In this document: positions 14,632 to 25,319 of the stretch, piece after piece
How positions within the stretch are numbered: position 1 is the stretch's first letter
How the letters are laid out: the number at the start of each line of letters is the position of its first letter
Source: Octopus sinensis
Taxonomy: Eukaryota
Direction: 5' to 3'
Assembly (NCBI RefSeq): GCF_006345805.1
Contig: NC_043017.1
Location: 8,556,001 to 8,620,000, forward strand
Length of the DNA stretch: 64,000 nucleotides
The notes under the pieces: model-generated
Database searches by the model: none
Told to the model about the DNA's origin: nothing
Seen by the model: only the letters and a program-made list of their open reading frames with translations
Translations under genes and position numbers: made by a program

Positions 14632-14780
14632 GTATATATATATATGTATTATATATATATGTATATATATATATATGTATATATATATATGTATATATAT
14701 ATATGATAATATATATGTATATATATCTATATGTATATATATATATATATTATATTATATATATATATATATATATATTT
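13855..14780. repeat. Long (TA)n/(TATG)n compound microsatellite (similar tracts at 3130-3360, 3730-4210, 6650-7170, 26940-27170, 34765-34950, 36470-36640, 44940-45180, 60840-61240)
   Basis: Directly visible; source of the spurious YI/CV-rich ORFs. Confidence 0.97.
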
Positions 14781-14833
14781 ATTTATTATTTATTTATTCA
14801 TTTATTACCTCCATGTGGCTGTGTCTCCCACAG

Positions 14834-14933
14834 GTATTTCTACGATATTATCATGTTGAAGAATTGGTAGCTCAGTGTGAAAAGATCCGCGAACAGAAAG
14901 TGCTGGAAGAGAAAGCCATCAAAATCCAAAAAA
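14834..14933 (+). CDS. Myo3: Myosin III exon: converter end ([11 protein letters not shown]) and first half of IQ1
   Basis: VFLxYYHVExL is typical of Myo3. ccacAG acceptor; weak donor GTACAG in phase 1, supported because the join gives IQKSYRGHRGRK. Confidence 0.9.
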
Positions 14934-15565
14934 GTACAGTCATTTGTTGTTTGTTTTTTTTTTATTTCTTTGATTCTTTATTTGTTCACTTGAAAATTTT
15001 TTTTTTTAATAATTTTTTATTTATTGATCTATTCTCCCAAGCATTTTAATCAGAACATCTGTTAATAACGCTTTAATTATGGGAATGATGTGATCAATGC
15101 TTTGATCTTAATTATTACCAACGTTTCGTCCTGGACAGGATACAACATATGTTTTTGCCCTTCATTCATTTTATCATAAAATAAAAGTTTTTCAAATGCT
15201 GGTTTAACAGATATTTTCAAATATATTATTATGTGTCTGCCTCGTTAATTACACAACCAGGAAAATAATAGGTGCAGGCGTGGCTGTGTGTGAAGAAGCT
15301 TGCTTCCCAACTACATGGTTCCAGGTTCAGTCCTACTGTATGGCACCTTGGGCTAGTATCTTCTACCATAGCCTTAGGCCAAACAAATCCTTGTGAGTGG
15401 ATTTGGTACACAGAAACTGAAAGAAGCCCATTGTATATATATAAATATATATATAACTCGCTCTGAGATTTATCATTGTTTGATTTCACTTTTTCAATAT
15501 CAGTGTCAAATCGACACTGGAAAATATATGTATTTGTGAAGGGATCTGACTTCTCATCGACAACC

Positions 15566-15626
15566 CATGATGTCACACGCTGATGAAAGGTAAACACCTT
15601 GAAACTCGGGTACGTGTGTAATCATG
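15566..15626 (+). ncRNA. Type I hammerhead ribozyme motif
   Basis: CACACG-CTGATGA-AAGG taaaca CCTT-GAAA-CTCGGG-TA-CGTGTG: complete core, 6-bp stem I extended by CATGAT/ATCATG, 4-bp stem II, GUA cleavage triplet. Confidence 0.75.
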
Positions 15627-15846
15627 TGTTGAAGACGGGGAGGATGACTCCCCTTCACAAATACTGACAGGACACAGATAGTGTGTCTATAGCCAGCTGG
15701 AGGAGATTATCTTCCTGGGGCTACAAACTACAGTAGCATCCACCCTTATGGGTTAGCCATATTCAAATGGCATACATGCATCACTATATATATATATTTA
15801 TATGTTCATGTGTGTGTGTGTAAATTGCTATAATTTATTCTTTTAG

Positions 15847-16047
15847 GTTATCGAGGTCACCGCGGTCGAAAAGTTGCCAAAGTGAAAAAAGAAGAACGAA
15901 AACAACAAGAACAAGCTGCAACTTTAGTGCAGTCGCAATTCAGAGGTTATCAGCAACGAAAGAAAGAGAATAAAAAAAAAGAAAAAAGGAAGCGCAGAGG
16001 ATCGCAATTGACCAACGAGGAACATGCTGCCATTACAATTCAAAGAT
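15847..16047 (+). CDS. Myo3: Myosin III IQ exon (SYRGHRGRK...LVQSQFRGYQQRK...AAITIQR)
   Basis: Not in the ORF track; translated by hand. IQ consensus IQxxxRGxxxR. ttttAG acceptor, GTACGT donor, phase 1-1. Confidence 0.9.
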
Positions 16048-16289
16048 GTACGTAGCAGCCTATCGTTGCTGAATTTTAAGAGTTTTGCTTTAAGAGTTTT
16101 TGTATCAGAGATCATCTGATTGTCACATTGTACTCGATGCGACAGAAGCACGTTGTCACAAATACATCGCATGCAACATGTCCCACACATTCCCAGACTA
16201 TATGCCACACTGTCATACTACATCCGACACAACATGTGCAACATTGCATTAAAATGATACCAAATATTCCAGTCTTTTGTTTTAATACA

Positions 16290-16439
16290 TATCTGTCTGT
16301 CTGTCTGCCTATCTATCTATCTCTCTATCTATCTATGTACCCATCTATCTATCTATCTATCTATCTCTCTACCTATCTATGTACCCATCTATCTATCTCT
16401 CTATCTATCTATCTATCTATCTCTCTATCTATCTATCTC

Positions 16440-16487
<48 letters not shown>

Positions 16488-16749
16488 GCTATCTATCTAT
16501 CTATCTATCTATATCTACCTATTTTTTTTTTTTTTTAAACCTTCAAAAGAAAAGCTCTACCTTGTAATTTGTTCTATCTGTGTGCAGCCCTGTGTGGCTA
16601 ATAAAGAAACATATATCTACCTATCTCTATCTATCTCTCTATCTATTTATCTCTCTATCTATCTATGTACCCATCTATCTATCTATCTATCTATCTATCT
16701 GTCTGTCTATTTATCTATCTATCTGTCTATTTATCTATCTATCTGTCTG

Positions 16750-16786
<37 letters not shown>

Positions 16787-16980
16787 ATCTACCTATCTCT
16801 ATCTATCTCTCTATCTATTTATCTCTCTATCTATCTATGTACCCATCTACCTATCTATTTATCTATCTATCTATTTATCTGCCTGTCTGTATGTCTGCCT
16901 ATCTATCTATTTGCCTCTCTCTCTATCTATCCATCCATCCATCCATTTATTTATTTATTTATCTATCTATCTTTCTATCT
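16290..16980. repeat. (ATCT)n compound microsatellite
   Basis: Directly visible; a second tract lies at 11130-11290. Confidence 0.95.
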
Positions 16981-17001
16981 GTGCCTGTCTCTTTTGTGCA
17001 G

Positions 17002-17186
17002 CTTACCGAAGATACATGCTGAAGAAATCCAGCAAGAAGATGATGGACGATAGCCAAATCAGGGAAGTCCGTGCAGCAATAATCCTGCAGGCATACTACC
17101 GCACATGGAAGTGCCGTACCTTCTTCCAGCAGCTTCTATTCCTGAAAACCCACAAAGAGATGCAGTATGAAGACTTTGTGGAAGCA
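17002..17186 (+). CDS. Myo3: Myosin III IQ3/IQ4 exon (SYRRYMLKK...AAIILQAYYRTWKCR...EDFVEA)
   Basis: IQ-like motifs. tgtgcAG acceptor, GTAAGT donor, phase 1-0. Confidence 0.9.
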
Positions 17187-18193
17187 GTAAGTGACTTTAC
17201 CAAATTCTTGGCAGATAATAAATATTTTATTAGTTCTTAATTGTTGGTGCCCATGTGTGGTGAGAAGCCTGCTCCCCAGCCACATGGTTTTGGGTTCAAT
17301 CCCACTGCATGGCACCTTGTGTCTTCCATTATAATCTCGGGCCAACCAAAGCCTTGTGAATGGATTTGCTAGATGGAAGCTGAAAGAAGCCTGTAGGGTA
17401 TATATAATCGTGTGAGTGTGTCTGCGTTTGTCCCTCACCACCACTTGACAACCGGTGTTAGTGTGTTTACATCCTTGTAAACTAAGCAGTTCAGCAAAAG
17501 AGACTAATAGAATAAGTGTCAGGCTTGGAAAAAGAAACATATATATATATATATATATGAAGTACTGAAGTTGATTCGTTTGACTAAAAAAATTTTCAAG
17601 AGGGTGCCCCAGCATGGTCACAGTGTAACGATTGAAATATGATGAAACAAGTAAAAAATGAAAGTACAACATCATCATCATCATTACCGTTTAACGTCCG
17701 TTTTCCGTGCTAGCACGGGTTGGACGGTTCGACCAGGGATCTGGGAAGCCAGGCGGCTGCACCAGGCTCCAGTCTGACCTGGCAGTGTTTCTACAGCTGG
17801 ATGCCCTTCCTAACGCCAACCACTCTGTGAGTGTAGTGGGTGCTTTTTACGTGCCACCAGCACAGGTGCCAGGGGAGGCTGGCAGCAGCCACGATCAGTT
17901 GGTGCTTTTTACGTGCCACCGGCACAGAAGCCAGTCAAGGCGGCGCTGGCATCGGCCACATTCGGATGGTGCTTTTTACGTGCCACCAGCACCATGAATA
18001 TGAAAATAGTCTGTATATTCAAAATTTAGACTTCTTGTGAATGGCATGTATGTTGTGTGTGTGTGTGAGGTATTGCTGGTTATTGTTGAGCACATCAGTT
18101 GTTTCGTTTCAGATTGTGACCCAAGCCATTGAATCCTAGGACACAGTCTTCAACAACACAGAGTACTAACGATATTTTTTTTACATTTTGCAG

Positions 18194-18352
18194 GTTCAGA
18201 TTTACAACTTTGATATTTACACCTGGCAAATAGCCACAAACTACGACTACAAGGCAAAGAGTTCTTCAGATTTAGTCGGGGAAACTCTTGAGAAATTCAA
18301 AAAGAAAATGTTTGATTCAAAACAGGTGGGACGTACACCGTATTATGATGCC
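18194..18352 (+). CDS. Myo3: Myosin III tail exon (VQIYNFDIYTW...MFDSKQ[VGRTPYYDA])
   Basis: ttttgcAG acceptor, open frame in phase 0, two in-frame donors (after 18325 CAG|GTGGGA; after 18352 GCC|GTAAGT). Confidence 0.82.
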
Positions 18353-18532
18353 GTAAGTTAGATGCTTGGCACGCTTCTTTCTTTCCTCCACACCATTTCA
18401 CTCTTCATTTTATTTATATATATATGTATGTGATGGGGTATGTAGTGTGTGTGTGTGTATATATATATACACACACACACACATGTATGTGTGTATGTGT
18501 ATGTATATATATACATATATATATATATGTGA

Positions 18533-18858
18533 AGGCGCATGGCTCAGTGGTTAGAGCGTCGAGCTTACGATCGTGAGGTTGTGAGCTCGAATCTTGGGCT
18601 GGGTGTTGTGTTCTTGAGCAAGGCACTTTATTTCACGTTGCTCCAGTTCACTCAGCTGTAGAATTGAGTTGCGACGTCACTGGTGCCAAGCTGTATCGAC
18701 CTTTGTCTTTCCCTTGGATAACACTGGTGGCGTGGAGAGGGGAGGCTGGTATGCATGGGCGACTGCTGGTCTTCCATAAACAACCTTGCCTGGATTTGTG
18801 TCTAGGAGGGTAACTTTCTAGATGCAATCCCATGGTCATTCATGACCGAAGGGGTCTT
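18533..18858 (+). mobile_element. tRNA-derived SINE, third family (copy 34957-35288; fragment 7610-7740(-))
   Basis: GGCGCATGGCTCAGTGGTTAGAGCG head, CTTGAGCAAGGCACTTT..CCAGTTCACTCAGCTG central domain, 3' CATGACCGAAGGGGTC. Confidence 0.8.
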
Positions 18859-18999
18859 TATATATATATATATATATATAAGCATTGCTTTCTAAATAAG
18901 GAAAAATATGAAAAAATTCTCTTTTGTCTTACAAGAAGTGTTAGGGTTAGTGGTGTATACACACAACACTTTCTGATGAGAAGGGATGTAGGAACACAC

Positions 19000-19135
19000 A
19001 CACACGGGACTTAGAAAAACTGAAGGACTGCTACAATAAGTGTGTGAATCTGAGAGGGGAATTTGTTGAATAAAATCATAATTAACTGATCTGCCTAAAT
19101 TTTCTTTTACCCAAAGCTACAGACTTATCAGCACT

Positions 19136-19141
<6 letters not shown>
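19000..19141 (+). mobile_element. Mariner 3'-end fragment
   Basis: Encodes YNKCVNLRGEFVE* and ends in the TIR-like GACTTATCAGCACTCCTCGT. Confidence 0.6.
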
Positions 19142-19188
<47 letters not shown>

Positions 19189-20752
19189 AATATATATATG
19201 ACTCCAATGGTTGAAGACTAGTGACATGCTTGAAACTTAGAGTACCAAGGAGTTAGAATCAAACTGTTTTGATCCACACACACACATATACATATATAGG
19301 GAGAGTTCGCGAAAAAACAAAAGACGAAGACAGGTGGTGTATAAAACAAACAGATGTATTAGTATAACACTCAGATATATATATATATATAACAAAATTA
19401 GAAAATGGAGAAACATACTTAAATCAATAAAACATCAACTATCAGATGATACCCAATCAATACTTTATTACACCATTACATATCAGTAAAGGCATTATAC
19501 AAAATATACATTAAATGTATATAGACAAGGAAATATAAGTATAAAATTTCAAATATAATATAATATATATATATACACATACACACACACATACATAGTT
19601 CAAATTTGTAGAAAAACAAAACTGAAGACAAGTGTAGGAACAACAAGCAACTGTATTAGTTTGACACTCGGGGAAAAATGTACAAGTCTTTTACGTTTCG
19701 AGCCTACGCTCTTTAGCAGAAAGGAACACGAGGAAATAAACAGAGAGAGAATGAAAGAAAACATGTTGAGTTCAGTGGTTCAACATGATAGACATATTAG
19801 TGTATATGTGTGTATACACACACACACACACACAGTGTTGCAGCATGATGTTTCTGTCATTCCCTTGGTCAGCCATGGCCCTCTCTTAAAATGTATGATG
19901 GATTTGTGAAGTTTGTAGAGCGACAACAATTGTCTCAAGTGATTTTGTGAAAGCTAATGGATTACTTGAATGTCTGATCTGCCTCAAACCTCATAAGATC
20001 AAAGCGTGTCTGGATTCCTGAAATATGTTAAGCTGTTGCGACTAAGGATTATCCCCTTCTTCCAATAGGATACCAGTTAACCCCAGGGTTAAACCCTAGC
20101 TGAAACTGATACTCATTTTCAGCTGAGCCATCCGAAGCAGCATGAAATGAAGTGTCTTGCTCAAGGATACAGTGTGCCAGCCAGTTTGGAAATCAACCCA
20201 ATGATTTTAGAACCATGAATCCAATACCTAAACCCCTGGACCATGTTCTTTCACAGAATCAATGAAGCATTGGATGAAATGCTCTGTGGTATTTAATCCT
20301 ATCTTTGTCGGTTCCAGGATCAATTCCTGCCATAGTTGATAAACCAAAATACCAGTCTTATATTGACGAGAATATAGCCAACTGCTTCACCTCCATAAAC
20401 GGTCTGATCTTGTATCAGTATCAGGAATAATGATGGACTCTTTTGTCAAAGATGATGTGTGAGTGTTCAACGTTTTACTGAATGACCTGCACAAAGGGTT
20501 TGTTTTAAAGTGATCGAAACATTTGTGCTGCACATCAGCTCGCTGTCTCACCCCATCAAATTGACGTTGCCTAAACAGGTGAATGGTGTGCCACACATCA
20601 GGTGTAGGAGTGACTGCAGAGCAACATGAGACGAAGATTTTTGCTCAAGAACACAATGCACCACCCTGTTTAGGAATTGAAACCAAGCTCTCATGATCAG
20701 AAGTCCAACACCTTAACCACTAGGCCAATAATGATAATGATTATTATTATTA

Positions 20753-20784
<32 letters not shown>

Positions 20785-21027
20785 AAGCAAGCTAGCAGAA
20801 TTATTAGCACCCCTGGCAGACAAAATGATTTGTATGGCATCTCACCTGTCTTTACATTCTCTGTTCAAATTCTGCAAAGGTTGACTTTACCTTTCTGTCC
20901 TTCAGGATTGATAAAATAAGGTACCAGTCAAGTACTAGTGTTGATGAAATCAACTAGCTCTCTCACCCTCGCCCCCGCCCATCCCCTCAAATTTTAGGTC
21001 CTGTGCCCATAGTAGAAACAATCATTA

Positions 21028-21076
<49 letters not shown>

Positions 21077-21680
21077 GAAGGCAGTGAGCTGCCAGAATCG
21101 TTAGCATGCTGGATGAAATGCTTAACAATATTTCACCCATCGCTATGTTCTAAGGCCAGGTTCCGCCAAGGTTGACTTTACCTTTCATCCTTTCAGGGTT
21201 GATAAATTAAGTACCAGTTACGCACTGGGGGTCCATGTAATTGACTCGTCCCCTTCCCCTAAATTTAAGGCCTCGTCATCATCCTTGCCATTATCATCTT
21301 TGTTGCTGTTGTTGTTGTTATCTGAATATCTGAAGAGGTATATAAACTGACGCAGAAAGGTGAGTATCCTTAAAAACAATTTTCCCGGGTTCAATCCTCC
21401 ACCACATCTTCCTCTTACATCCAGGACCCACATCAAACCAGCTCACATTGCTTCAAGTAGAACTTCTCTTTTTCTTCTTTCTCATCACATAGATTTGCAC
21501 ATAGGTGCACCGGTGCACTGCACAGCACTGCACTTTCACAGGTATTTGCTGCAGCGTTAGTGTGCAGACATGTTGGACATTGTAGCACTCACTCTTAAAA
21601 GAGTGTATATACTTTGTGTATGTATATAAACCTACATGAATGTGTATGTATACAAATACATTTATGTGCATGTGTGTGTG

Positions 21681-21726
<46 letters not shown>

Positions 21727-21735
21727 CACACACAG

Positions 21736-21960
21736 GTGGCGAGCTGGCAGAAACGTTAGCGCGCAGGGCAAAATGCTTAGCGGTATTTCGTCTGTCGTTA
21801 CGTTCTGAGTTCGAATTCCGCCAAGGTCGACTTTGCCTTTCATCCTTTCGGGGTCAATAAATAAAGTACCAGTTTCGCACTGAGGTCGATATAATCGACT
21901 TAATCCGTTTGTCTGTCCTTGTTTGTCCCCTCTATGTTTAGCCCCTTGTGGGTAGTAAAG

Positions 21961-21965
<5 letters not shown>
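21736..21965 (+). mobile_element. tRNA-derived SINE with Meta/MESC-like core (representative copy; others near 5030, 10700, 10920, 20790, 21080, 25430, 26040, 33270, 50180-50760, 51400, 53667, 56240, 57445-57885)
   Basis: A-box/B-box-like head (GGTGGCGAGCTGG...GAGTTCGAATTCC) and core GACTTTGCCTTTCATCCTTTCGGGGTCGATAAA..AAGTACCAG repeated many times. Confidence 0.85.
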
Positions 21966-22011
<46 letters not shown>

Positions 22012-22013
<2 letters not shown>

Positions 22014-22950
22014 CAGGGTGTGAGGGGTATTTGAGGACATTTCGTTTTTAGTTCATTACACCTTCAAATTATTTAATGTAGCATTGTTATTTTCCCATAA
22101 CCCTTTCAAGAAATGAAAAAACATGCAGTCATAGTTGCTATACACGCAAACCACAGCGATTTAGAAATTAGCAACTTTCTAAATGTTGCAAGATCTTTTG
22201 AACACAAAGTTCGGTTGGAATTGGAGGCATGTGATGGTAATGTTTCACAATGCTCAGACACTAAAAGGACACTGGAATTTATACAGCATGTTCAAAACAT
22301 TATCGATGAAAACCCCAGAAAGTCAATGACATCCATTGCTAAAAAACTTTGGGTGTCAGAGTGGACTATCAGAACTGTGGTACATCGTGACATTCGATAC
22401 AAGTCCTATGTAATGAGGAAAGGCCAATTCATGTCTAGAAAGACAGGAAAACCGTTTCTTCTGTTGAAAACCTTCATGAACAAGGTTTGCTTTGGTTTTT
22501 CTCTGATGAAGAAACTCTGATCAGGATCAAAAGTCTAACAGAAGAAATGACTGGTGGTTATGTGCAGATCTTTCTGAAGTACCCAGAGTGATGCACACGA
22601 AATTTCCAGCAACTGTGATGGTTTTAGGAATGGTAAGTAGTGAAGGTCATGTGATGCCGCCCCACTTTTTTCTACAGGGTCTTGGAATTAAGGCTGCTGG
22701 ATACATTGAGGTACTGGAAACTGTTATCAAGCCCTGGATTGATGAAGTATGCAATGGGAAGTCATACGTGTTTCAACAAGACTCAGCACCCTCTCACAAA
22801 GCCCTACTCATCCAAGAATGGTCGTCAGATAATTTTTACGATTATGTAGCACCCAATATGTGGCCTCCGAACTCACCAGATTTGAACCCCCATGGACTAC
22901 TACATGTAGAGCGCTGTTGAAAGGGAGACTAATCATCATCCTCATAATAC
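22012..22950 (+). mobile_element. Degenerate, 3'-truncated DD37D (maT) Tc1/mariner-superfamily transposon
   Basis: Starts TA-CAGGGTG after (TA)n. Frameshifted transposase with FSDE, VMVLGMVS, FQQDSAPSH and WPPNSPDLNP(M)DY; 37 residues between the 2nd and 3rd Asp after correcting one frameshift. Confidence 0.85.
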
Positions 22951-22952
22951 CA

Positions 22953-23033
22953 TATTTCTTTGGTATCGATTCTGCTATCATAGGGAATTGCAAAATCTAA
23001 ACTCACACACTGTTTGTTTATTTTGACCTCTAT
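22953..23033 (-). mobile_element. Fragment of the restriction-like endonuclease of an R4/Dong/NeSL-type non-LTR retrotransposon
   Basis: EVKINKQCVSLDFAIPYDSRIDTKEI resembles the RLE motif CxIIDxAIPxDxRIxxKE; abuts a (TAA)n tract. Confidence 0.5.
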
Positions 23034-23105
23034 GTTACTATAATTATTATTATTATTATTATTATGATTATGATTATCATCATTATTATTATTATTATCT
23101 TTTAG

Positions 23106-23230
23106 TTGACTGGCTCTGCAACTGCTCAACAACCTGATCACTTGCCACCACAGCCAGGTGGCACCCCAGGCTCCCCAGCTGGAGAATTCCCACCCCCGCC
23201 TCAAGACGACGTCGTTAAGACTTCCGGAGG
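23106..23230 (+). CDS. Myo3: Myosin III proline-rich tail exon (LTGSATAQQPDHLPPQPGGTPGSPAGEFPPPPQDDVVKTSG)
   Basis: GC-rich island in an AT-rich intron. ttttAG acceptor, GG|GTAAGC donor, phase 0-2. Confidence 0.82.
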
Positions 23231-23737
23231 GTAAGCACACATGAATGTTCTGTCAATATTAACCTCTACTTCTTGCTTGACCCTCCCTTGGACATGAAGA
23301 AACTCACAACTTACTAGCCCTACATCAAATAAAAATCTAAAGTTATATATATATATATAAATTAGAAAAAACCACCTTTTATCAATCTAAAATGAACAAT
23401 TAAATTACACCATCTAGAAAATTACATATAATAGAAGTATTAAAATTAAAATAACAATAATATATCGATGATTAAGTAAATTGCAAAATAATAATAAAAT
23501 ATATATGCTTTTATTATTATTTTGCAATTTACTTCATCATCAGTATATTATTGTTATTTTAATTTTAATATTTCTATTATATGTAATTTTCTAGATGGTG
23601 TAATTTAATTGTTCATTTTAGATTGATAAAAGGTGGTTTTTTCTCATTTTTATATATATATTATATTTTGTGAAATTTGATTTAGTATTTCTAAATTGAA
23701 TTCCCTGTAAGTTAGGAATAATATTCCCTCAAATAAT

Positions 23738-23777
<40 letters not shown>

Positions 23778-24451
23778 TCTTTCTCTTTTTCTCTTTTACT
23801 TGTTTCAGTCATTTGACTGAGGCCATGCTGGAGCACCGCCTTTAGTCAAGCAAATCGACCCCGAGACTTATTCTTTGTATGCCCAGTACTTATTCTATCG
23901 GTCTCTTTTGCCGAACCGTTAAGTGACGGGGACGTAAACACACCAGCATCGGTTGTCAAGCAATGCTAGGGGGACAAACACAGACACACAAACACATATA
24001 TATATACATATATACGACAGGCTTCTTTCAGTTTCCGTCTACCAAATCCACTCACAAGGCATTGGTCGGCCCGGGGCTATAGCAGAAGACACTTGCCCAA
24101 GATGCCACGCAGTGGGACTGAACCCGGAACCATGTGGTTGGTTAGCAAGCTACTTACCACACAGCCACTCCTGCGCCTATATATATATATATCAAGAAAT
24201 ATAAAATATAAGACAAGAATGCAAAACATCCAGACAGATGATACAAAAAAGGAACAAGAAAAACAAGGACGGATCATTTGGAGTTTTCTTTCCTCAGTCA
24301 AGTACCAGATTATCTTTGCAATTTCGGCTGGTTATACTCGATATTGCAAAGATAATCTGGAACTCGACTGACGAAAGAAAACTCTAAAGGATCCGACCTT
24401 GTTTTTCTTGTTCCTTCTTGTTATTTTAGCATTTTCTACCTTGACTTTTTT

Positions 24452-24510
<59 letters not shown>

Positions 24511-24513
<3 letters not shown>

Positions 24514-25079
24514 TGGGTTGTCTGAAAAGTTCGTGCCAATTTTTAAAGGAAAGAAAAAAGTCAATAAATACTTGCCATTACATTTTTAATCAACCAAATA
24601 TGAACCATTTTGTTGCACAATGTGTCTCCATCTTTCCTTTAACTTGAAAATACCCTCTTCCCAGAATTGAGGTGGTTTCATGGCAAAGAATTCATCAAGG
24701 TATCTTTTTATGTCATCCAAGGAATTGAAACTTTTTCTATTAAGACTATTCTATAGAGACCTGAATAAGTGGAAATCTGAAGGAGCAATATCTGGTGAAT
24801 ATGGAGGGTGGGGTAACACATCCCAGCCAAGCTGCAGCAATTTCTGTCTGGTTCCCAAAGCATCAATACCGAAAATGAACTTTCTTATCTTCCATTTTAA
24901 AGGGTTACAGAATTAACACAGGTTATAGGAACATAAATCTTCTTCCACGAAAAGATAGCTTAAACTGTGCTCTAAATGGAGGTGTCGTCAAATCCTTTTT
25001 CATGGACTCAACCATGTTCTAAAATAAGTCGAAAGGTAAGCTACTATAAATCGGCACGAACTTTCCAGACAACCCAATA
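24511..25079 (-). mobile_element. Internally deleted mariner (DD34D) element
   Basis: TIRs TATTGGGTTGTCTG.AAAGTTCGTGCC / GGCACGAACTTTCCAGACAACCCAATA with TA ends. Minus strand keeps HPPYSPDIAPSDFHLFRSL. Confidence 0.9.
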
Positions 25080-25256
25080 TGATGTATGTGTATATTAAAC
25101 TAAAAACGGAGAGTCAAATTCTTATTAGTGTTGTAAACAAATGAGTGCAGGATAAATGCCTAGAGATGTGTGGTGCTGTATGGGAAAGTAATAACGGAGA
25201 GTGTGTGCTAATATGTTGTTGCCTCATGTATACATTTGGTTCATTCTGTTTTTCAG

Positions 25257-25319
25257 TGCCTTCAAAGCAATTTTAGAGAAGAAAGGAATGGCTTATTATG
25301 ACAGTGCTTCAGGATTTAA
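25257..25319 (+). CDS. Myo3: Myosin III tail exon (AFKAILEKKGMAYYDSASGF)
   Basis: tttttcAG acceptor, AA|GTGAGT donor, 63 nt, phase 2-2. Confidence 0.8.

Noticed and set aside
13861-15049. 281-aa YI-rich ORFs and similar ORFs across the window
   Set aside because: Translations of (TA)n/(TG)n/(ATCT)n microsatellites; only the embedded 14834-14933 exon is real.
18533-18605. tRNA genes (also 10465-10535 and 56852-56915)
   Set aside because: tRNA-like heads continue into SINE bodies or lack a closed acceptor stem.
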